From contig CP070722.1 in assembly GCA_020350785.1 (NCBI GenBank), forward strand, positions 2,011,771 through 2,024,757: DNA of 12,987 nucleotides. The letters are read 5' to 3'. The translations under genes and the position numbers were made by a program. Numbering within the stretch: position 1 is the first letter of the stretch; each line of letters begins with the position of its first letter. Source of the DNA: Gemmatimonadota bacterium (lineage in GTDB: Bacteria; Gemmatimonadota; Gemmatimonadetes; Palauibacterales; KS3-K002). The notes under the pieces are model-generated. The model did not search any database. It was not told the origin of the DNA and worked only from the letters and a program-made list of their open reading frames with translations. Shown here in pieces: positions 7,893 to 12,987 of the stretch.

Positions 7893-8066
7893 CTCTCGCG
7901 GCTTGGGCGGTTATGCGGTCGGGGCCAGCGCCTCGCGCGAGGGCGGATCCGGCGAAGCTGTCTACAGTCACGCCTAAGATATAGAGGCGGCTCGGTTCCA
8001 GGTCCAGGCGCAGGCGGATGTCGGCCTGCTCTACAGTCAGGCCCTTCTCAAGTCCTACCGAACAGC

Positions 8067-8095
8067 GAGGGGAATGCCGCAGTGGCATTCCCCTC
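8067..8095 (-). terminator. Perfect 12-bp inverted repeat (GAGGGGAATGCC gcagt GGCATTCCCCTC) about 34 bp downstream of the protease stop; candidate terminator
   Basis: Seen directly. It is a strong GC-rich stem but no U-tract follows. It separates the protease gene from the 72-aa gene, which implies the small gene may have its own promoter (AT-rich patch 7975-7985). Confidence 0.45.
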
Positions 8096-8128
8096 CGTGA
8101 CATCGCTGGTGGGCGAGTATGCGATCGG

Positions 8129-9871
8129 CTATGGTCTGTTGATCGTTATGGATGTCCCGTCGCTGTCGCCGTCGGCGTCATGGTTGTCGGACGCCACGTA
8201 GTTGTAGCCAGGGAACACTACATCGGTCACCCTGAATGTGACGCTCTTGGTCTTGTTCGATACAAGGGTGATCAGCATCAAGCACTGGCCGGCATAGTCC
8301 GTGGTGCATTCATCGACAGCCAGCCCGCGCCCTCTCCAGCGGCCGTACACCGTGGCGCCCTCCACGGGAGTGTGGTCGGTGTCTTCGATTGAGACGATCA
8401 CGTAGGCGCTCCAGCTGCTCACTTCGCGGCTGCTCGCAGGGAAGAGGTCGCCCACGTGCATGCCGGTGACCGGCGGCGGAGGCGGTGGCGCCTCGGCGAT
8501 CGTCACCGTCGTGCTCTTCGAATCATTGGCGTCGTTGTCGTCGCTGATGTCATGGCTGGCCGTAAGGGTGTGATCGCCCAGCGAGGCGCCTTCTGTGTGC
8601 CAAGAGAAGGGCAGTGTGGTCGAAGCGCTCGCTGTCAGGCCACCAACAATCGTCTCCGTTCCGATGGTGCCGCCGTCGGTATCATCAACTAGCACCACGG
8701 TGATGTCATCGGTGACGTCCTGGCTGCCGACGTTCTGCACCGTGACATTCACAGGCACGGCATCGCCGGGCGCGGCCGAGCCCGGCGCGCTGACGGCAGT
8801 GATCGCTATGTCCTTGGACGACGTGGTCGGCGCGGCATCGATGGTCACACCGAAGCGATCGAGAACGACATCGATGGGGTTGGCCAGCGTGTGCGTCGAG
8901 CTGCCGGCGAACAGCAGCCCGACGGGATTCTTGTCCGCGTCGTCGGTCACGATCAGCGATCCGGAGTCGCCACCGTCGCTGAAGCTCCCGGGCGTCACCG
9001 CGATCTGATTCACGAAGACCGCTGATTTCAGGCACCAGAAGATATAGACCTCGTAGCAGACCTCCACCGTGACGTTGAGCTCCGAGACCTGGCCCTTGGT
9101 GAGCTTGGTCGTGCGCCCGAACTTCTGCACGGGTTGGCCGACGAACGCGGCGACCGTCGTCGCGCTCGGCGTGCCGTAACCGTCCGCTGGCGTGGAGTTG
9201 TCCAGTTCGGCGACCGTGGACAGGGCGATGGCCGCGTCCATCGTGTTGTTACCGCCGTTGAAGTTGATGGCCTGGAAGTCGTACAGCGTGCCGATCTTGT
9301 CTGCCGGGTCCTGGCCCCCGTCGTAGACACCCGGCTGGAGCGCGCTGTCGCCGATGTTCGCATCGTTCTGGTTCGCATAGACGTGGTTGTTGCTCAGCGC
9401 GAACACGTTGCCAGCACCATCCCGCACCCGGGCACCGATGGTGCCGGCTGTCACGGCCGGGTGGCCGGTCGAGACGCCGATGGGGACCGGCCGGGGGAAC
9501 CTGGCCGTGGGATCGCTGCGGGCGACGAACATGCCCGTGACCTCTACTGCCACTGGTAGGTTGTCCAGCGTGGCGGGCAAACCCTCCACACCGGCGCGCT
9601 CGGTGAAGATCTTGATCACCGGCCTGCCGTCCTCGCCGAACCCGACGGCGGTGCCGACCACGCCGGGCTGCGCGATCAGTCGCTCGGTATGCCGCTCTTG
9701 CACGGCGATCGCCGCGCGTAAGGATTGCTGAACGAGGGACGTTGCGTTCCCCGGCGCGGTCAGCTCGCCGCGCTCGCCGAAACAGGCGACGAAGGCGAGA
9801 CCCGCGATAGCAATGGGGACTAGGGGGGCGAGGTAGCGGGCCAGGGGGGGTCTACGCCTAGGCTCATTCAT
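8129..9871 (-). CDS. Secreted (possibly lipid-anchored) multidomain clan-PA (chymotrypsin-fold) serine protease: signal peptide, pro-like N-domain, S1-like catalytic domain, CARDB domain, poly-Pro linker, C-terminal beta-rich domain
   Basis: 580 aa. Signal peptide 'MNEPRRRPPLARYLAPLVPIAIAGLAFVAC'. Catalytic triad in His-Asp-Ser order: 'ALSNNHV' (His163), 'MDAAIAL' (Asp212), 'GDSGS' (Ser303), with Cys272/Cys280 near the active site. The CARDB-like segment is 'AITAVSAPGSAAPGDAVPVNVTVQNVGSQ...'. An 'APPPPPPV' linker precedes a C-terminal roughly 110-aa domain with 2 Cys. A GGAGGTGA RBS lies 5 nt upstream. Confidence 0.9.
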   Translation of the reverse strand: MNEPRRRPPLARYLAPLVPIAIAGLAFVACFGERGELTAPGNATSLVQQSLRAAIAVQERHTERLIAQPGVVGTAVGFGEDGRPVIKIFTERAGVEGLPATLDNLPVAVEVTGMFVARSDPTARFPRPVPIGVSTGHPAVTAGTIGARVRDGAGNVFALSNNHVYANQNDANIGDSALQPGVYDGGQDPADKIGTLYDFQAINFNGGNNTMDAAIALSTVAELDNSTPADGYGTPSATTVAAFVGQPVQKFGRTTKLTKGQVSELNVTVEVCYEVYIFWCLKSAVFVNQIAVTPGSFSDGGDSGSLIVTDDADKNPVGLLFAGSSTHTLANPIDVVLDRFGVTIDAAPTTSSKDIAITAVSAPGSAAPGDAVPVNVTVQNVGSQDVTDDITVVLVDDTDGGTIGTETIVGGLTASASTTLPFSWHTEGASLGDHTLTASHDISDDNDANDSKSTTVTIAEAPPPPPPVTGMHVGDLFPASSREVSSWSAYVIVSIEDTDHTPVEGATVYGRWRGRGLAVDECTTDYAGQCLMLITLVSNKTKSVTFRVTDVVFPGYNYVASDNHDADGDSDGTSITINRP

Positions 9872-10035
9872 GCTTCACCTCCGGGAAGGGGGCGGGATCT
9901 GAGACGCGGAGACACCACATTTTTCATGGCGGCCTGTGGACAGTATGCCGGAGCCAGCTCAATCGAGGGCCAGATTCTTGGCGGGAAGCCCCGTGGACCG
10001 TGGCTGATCGCCATAGGAAAAGGCAAGAAGCATAC

Positions 10036-10069
10036 CCGGTGGGCGGGCGCCAGGCCACCCGCCTACCGG
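10036..10069 (-). terminator. Imperfect 12-bp stem (ccggtgggcggg / cccgcctaccgg, 1 mismatch, 11-nt loop) downstream of the acidic lipoprotein gene; weak terminator candidate
   Basis: Seen directly, 17-50 bp past the stop at 10086. There is one G:T / C:A mismatch and no U-tract. Confidence 0.25.
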
Positions 10070-10085
10070 CCCGCATATCTTGCGC

Positions 10086-10682
10086 TTAGCCAGTCGGGCA
10101 GCGGGAGGAGAAGCCCGCACCCTCGTCAGGATCCTCGAGGTGGATGTTGACGCCCAGCTTGACGGCCTTCCGCATACCTTCCAAATCCAGCTGCAGCCAG
10201 AGATGCCCGGTGCCGATCTCGCCCATCCAATCGATGACCCCGTCGCCGTCGTCGTCATCCTCGGCGGCGTGCATTGCGGTCATCTCGACGGTGAAGGGTG
10301 GATTGCTGCTGAGCAGGTTACCCTCGGCGGGATCGCGGCCCCGGGGGGTCCAGGTGTTCCCATTGGCCCGCGTACCCGACTCGTCGCTGAGAGTCGCGGT
10401 CGCGCCTTCAACCTCCCAGGTCACAGCGGCGAAGTAGTCATCTGTCACGGCGTAATCGTACCCGGCCAGAGCAGACGACCACCTGACGATGATGCCGTCT
10501 TCCACCTCCTCCTCCGACATCCAGTAGACGTTGGGGCAGTCTCCACCGTCGGGCGGCGTGTCCAGATCCAGCGGCACATCGAGGACCAGGACGTCGGAAT
10601 CCGAGTCTGTTACTGATTCCTCCCCGCAGCCGGCGAGCACGATCAGTGAAGCTGCCAGGCCCAAGGCGACTACTGTTCTCAT
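10086..10682 (-). CDS. Acidic secreted lipoprotein of unknown function (two Cys in the mature part; EF-hand-like DDDGDGVID acidic loop)
   Basis: The ORF track starts at 10736, but the internal Met at 10682 is preceded by GAGGAGG with an 8-nt spacer and begins a textbook lipoprotein signal, 'MRTVVALGLAASLIVLAGC'. The mature protein is about 175 aa and very rich in Asp/Glu, with Cys in 'GGDCPNVYW' and the C-terminal 'SSRCPTG'. Confidence 0.7.
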   Translation of the reverse strand: MRTVVALGLAASLIVLAGCGEESVTDSDSDVLVLDVPLDLDTPPDGGDCPNVYWMSEEEVEDGIIVRWSSALAGYDYAVTDDYFAAVTWEVEGATATLSDESGTRANGNTWTPRGRDPAEGNLLSSNPPFTVEMTAMHAAEDDDDGDGVIDWMGEIGTGHLWLQLDLEGMRKAVKLGVNIHLEDPDEGAGFSSRCPTG

Positions 10683-11016
10683 TTCGGGTTCCTCCTCAGA
10701 GGCGGTGGCAATGTGGTCGTCATCAGCAGGCGGCAAGAGTAGGACCAGGGATGGCGGCCTTGCTAGGCGTGCCCCGATAGGAGGAGCCTAACTGGTTGTG
10801 GGCCAGACGAATTCGGGATCGCTCAATTCGCTGGTCACTCGCCGGGCTATGACGAGGCAAGCCGTCCGGCGCTGACACTCTTTTTCAGAACAACGCGAAT
10901 CCTTGCAGTGGCCCAGTTCACGGTCTCGGCCTGATCACGCAGGTAACGCCGGCCGTCGGTAGGAGGCCGAGGCTGGCCGGGCCGTCCATGTACTGGTCGA
11001 AGTCCTTGACAGGTCG

Positions 11017-11045
11017 TGCCTGATATTGTACTATGACACTAGAAC
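11017..11045 (+). promoter_or_regulatory. Sigma-70-like promoter for the GntR/SPFH operon: TTGACA (11017-11022), 17-bp spacer, TACTAT (11040-11045)
   Basis: Seen directly in an AT-rich island. A perfect -35 and a 4/6 -10 with canonical spacing sit about 50 nt upstream of the TTG start at 11094. Confidence 0.5.
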
Positions 11046-11090
11046 ACTAGAACTCTAGATCATCAGATCACTCGTGTCGGAGGCTGGGGG
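11046..11090 (+). promoter_or_regulatory. Candidate operator: tandem ACTAGAAC x2 followed by a TCTAGATC palindrome and GATCA x2, bracketed by GACAC...GTGTC, immediately downstream of the -10
   Basis: Seen directly: gacACTAGAACACTAGAACTCTAGATCATCAGATCActcGTGTC. Its position between the -10 and the start codon is typical for autorepression by a GntR/YtrA-type regulator. Confidence 0.35.
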
Positions 11091-11093
11091 GTC

Positions 11094-11471
11094 TTGGAGA
11101 TCAGGATCGATACCAAGAGTGGGGTGCCGTTCTACCGGCAGATCATCGAGCAGGTCAAGTTTGCCATCGCCCGGGGCGATCTGGGGTCGGGCGATCAGCT
11201 GCCGACGGTCAGACAGCTGGCCGTCGATCTTTCCGTCAATCCCAACACCGTCATCCGCGCTTACCGCGAGCTGGAGATCGCGGGGATTCTGGAGACCCAG
11301 CAGGGTTCCGGGACCTTCGTCGGCCGTCACAAGCCGCAGGTCGACGACCTGGAGCGGCGGCGGATGCTCGATCAGATACTCACCGAGTTGTTGGCGCGTG
11401 CCGCGGGCTATGGTTTCACACTCGACGAGATGCTCGAAGGGCTGCGCCAGAGGAAGGAGGTTTCCTCATGA
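11094..11471 (+). CDS. Short GntR-family transcriptional regulator (YtrA-like subfamily: HTH plus a short C-terminal helical dimerisation tail)
   Basis: 125 aa. 'PFYRQIIEQVKFAIARGDLGSGDQLPTVRQLAVDLSVNPNTVIRAYRELEIAGILETQQGSGTFV' is a canonical GntR winged HTH. The start is TTG at 11094, with a GGAGG 10 nt upstream. The stop TGA (11469-11471) overlaps the ATG (11468) of the next gene. Confidence 0.85.
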   Translation: MEIRIDTKSGVPFYRQIIEQVKFAIARGDLGSGDQLPTVRQLAVDLSVNPNTVIRAYRELEIAGILETQQGSGTFVGRHKPQVDDLERRRMLDQILTELLARAAGYGFTLDEMLEGLRQRKEVSS

Positions 11472-12601
11472 TGTCGATCGCTCGCAAAGAGGGGGCAAGT
11501 CGCGGACTGCCGAGTCTCTCGCTCGAGAAGTTCTCGGCCACACTCCGGGCGGATTTCCGCTTCGCTCCGCTGAACGTGCTACTCCTGGTCACGATTTACG
11601 TGACCGGGCTCGTCATCCACCTGAGCCTTCATCCGTTCTCGGTCCTGGCCGTGGAGCTGACGCTGGGATCGGCGCTCGTTCTGGCGGTTCTCATTCGACT
11701 GACGCAAGTCTGGGAAGCGGTCGTGATCCTGGGCACGGCGGACGCCCTGGCGATCTTCCTCCAGTTGCGGCCGGAGAGCGAGGTGTTGCTGATCACGGCG
11801 GTCGCGGCGCTGATCATCGCACCCTCGGTCCAGATCGCCTACCAGTGGGAGCGGGCTGTGCTCTTGCGCTTCGGTCGTTTCCGCGGCGTCCGCAAGTCTG
11901 GGCTTTTCTTCGTGATCCCCATCATTGACAAGGTCGCCCAGTTCGTCGATCAGCGGATCCGGGTCACGGATTTCAGCGCCGAGACGACGCTGACCGGTGA
12001 TACCGTCCCGGTGAACGTCGATGCCATCGCCTTCTGGATGGTCTGGGATGCGCAGAAGGCCGTGCTCGAGGTCGAGGACTTCGCGGATGCGGTCGTCATG
12101 TCGGCGCAGACCGCGCTTCGAAACGCGATCGGCAAGAACGACCTTGCCGTGTTGCTCTCGGAGCGTGATCGCCTGGGCCACGAGATCCAGGAGATCCTCG
12201 AGGAGAAGACGAGTGGTTGGGGGATCACGACTCAAGCGGTCGAGATCCGGGACATCATCATACCAAAGGGTCTCGAGGATGCGATGTCGCGTCAGGCACA
12301 GGCCGAGCGCGAGCGCCAGAGCCGAATCATCCTGGGGACGGCCGAGACCGAGATCGCCGAGAAGTTCAGTCGCGCCTCAGAGCACTACCGGAACAACCCC
12401 GTCGCCCTGCACCTGCGGGCCATGAACATGGTCTTCGAGGGGCTCCGGCAGAAGGGCTCAATGATCATCGTCCCGTCGACGGCGGTCGAGACTATGGGAC
12501 TGGGCGCGCTGGGCGGCCTGACCGCCTTCGGCCAGGGCGTGGAAGGGCCGACTGATTCAGGCGGCCCGACGGCGGCCGGCGGTAAGGAGCCAGCCAGCTA
12601 A
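11468..12601 (+). CDS. SPFH/Band-7 (stomatin/prohibitin-like) membrane protein with an unusual N-terminal extension of about 100 aa carrying about 3 extra TM segments
   Basis: 377 aa. Hydrophobic segments lie at about residues 34-53, 58-76, 81-98 and 106-125. The SPFH core follows: 'QWERAVLLRFGRFRGVRKSGLFFVIPIIDKV...VDAIAFWMVWDAQKAVLEVEDF...LLSERDRLGHEIQEILEEKTSGWGITTQAVEIRDIIIP...AMSRQAQAERERQSRII'. A GGAGG RBS lies 7 nt upstream. The ATGA overlap with the GntR gene indicates coupling. Confidence 0.85.
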   Translation: MMSIARKEGASRGLPSLSLEKFSATLRADFRFAPLNVLLLVTIYVTGLVIHLSLHPFSVLAVELTLGSALVLAVLIRLTQVWEAVVILGTADALAIFLQLRPESEVLLITAVAALIIAPSVQIAYQWERAVLLRFGRFRGVRKSGLFFVIPIIDKVAQFVDQRIRVTDFSAETTLTGDTVPVNVDAIAFWMVWDAQKAVLEVEDFADAVVMSAQTALRNAIGKNDLAVLLSERDRLGHEIQEILEEKTSGWGITTQAVEIRDIIIPKGLEDAMSRQAQAERERQSRIILGTAETEIAEKFSRASEHYRNNPVALHLRAMNMVFEGLRQKGSMIIVPSTAVETMGLGALGGLTAFGQGVEGPTDSGGPTAAGGKEPAS

Positions 12602-12670
12602 CAGGCGTAGGCGCACTGGAGAGGCTGGGGAGCCGATGGAAGAGTCCGGCGCGAGCACGAGGAGGTGACC

Positions 12671-12987
12671 CATGAAAGCGATCGTGATGATTACGTTCGT
12701 CGCGGCGCTGGGCGTGGGGCTGGCGTGCGATGACGCGTCGAGCCCCCCAGCGGCGCCGCCTAGCCTCGACGCCGCGCAGGCCGAACTCGTCGCCCTGCTG
12801 CCGCGCGCCACGTTACTGGCGGCCGAGCTACACGACCTGGCCGGGCGTTGGGACGAGTTGCGCGCGATCGAGCGGTTGTCGGCAGTGCAGGATCGCCTAT
12901 TCGATGAGATCGGGCTCCGGCCTGATGATGTCCCGGAGCTGGCTGGGGATAGGGCGGTCTTCGCACTCGTGACCGACGAAGCCGGGC
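12671..12987 (+). CDS. Putative lipoprotein (N-terminal part; ORF open to the window end), probably co-transcribed with the GntR/SPFH genes
   Basis: A GGAGGTGA RBS lies 4 nt before ATG 12671. 'MKAIVMITFVAALGVGLAC' is a signal peptide with a lipobox, followed by 'DDASSPPAAPP...'. The frame stays open for 105 codons to nt 12987 with GC-rich third positions. The ORF track omits it because the stop lies beyond the window. Confidence 0.6.

Noticed and set aside
7567-8103. 178-aa minus-strand ORF (and the 7527..8201 plus ORF) overlapping the 72-aa pro-domain gene
   Set aside because: It is in a different frame from the 72-aa ORF, Arg-rich, and shows no similarity to anything nearby. The 72-aa frame is supported by paralogy to the protease pro-domain.
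11074-11928. 284-aa plus-strand ORF spanning the GntR and SPFH genes in another frame
   Set aside because: Ser/Arg/Gly-rich composition. It overlaps two genes that have clear domain signatures and RBSs.
1-12987. CRISPR arrays, tRNA/rRNA genes, IS elements or integrases
   Set aside because: No periodic repeat-spacer pattern, no cloverleaf-like or rRNA-like segments, and no transposase or recombinase-like ORFs. The only repeats seen are short operator-scale direct or inverted repeats.

Overview
This is high-GC (about 65-68%) bacterial chromosomal DNA with dense, well-supported genes and four short AT-rich promoter islands (about 480-556, 5130-5160, 7975-7985, 11017-11090). Shine-Dalgarno sites are GGAGG-type, lipobox lipoproteins are frequent, and ATGA overlaps and a TTG start occur. 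I see no rRNA, tRNA, CRISPR array, transposase or integrase.

Gene content, left to right:
- A 3' fragment of a serpin gene, truncated by the window edge.
- A MocR/GabR-type regulator (GntR HTH fused to an aminotransferase domain), apparently leaderless, with a TGTCA/TGACA operator array on its promoter.
- On the minus strand, converging on the regulator: a three-gene unit of a TerB-like small protein, then a Cys/Met-metabolism PLP enzyme (cystathionine gamma-synthase / methionine gamma-lyase family) whose stop overlaps by 4 nt the start of an NhaC-family (MetT-like) transporter.
- A lipoprotein prolyl oligopeptidase (S9A).
- A 72-aa protein with no signal peptide that is a stand-alone paralog of the N-terminal pro-like domain of the next gene.
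- A 580-aa secreted clan-PA serine protease with that pro-like domain, a CARDB domain and a poly-Pro linker.
- An acidic lipoprotein.
- A promoter plus direct-repeat operator, then a short YtrA-like GntR regulator whose stop overlaps an SPFH/Band-7 protein carrying an unusual N-terminal multi-TM extension, followed by another lipoprotein that runs off the window.

The strongest candidate for something new is the cluster at about 7.6-10.7 kb. It combines a secreted multidomain protease, a free cytoplasmic copy of only its pro-domain (likely a trans-acting inhibitor or foldase), and an acidic Cys-containing lipoprotein. It sits in a window that is also rich in proteolysis genes (serpin, prolyl oligopeptidase). 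Everything here is read from the sequence by eye; no database search was possible.
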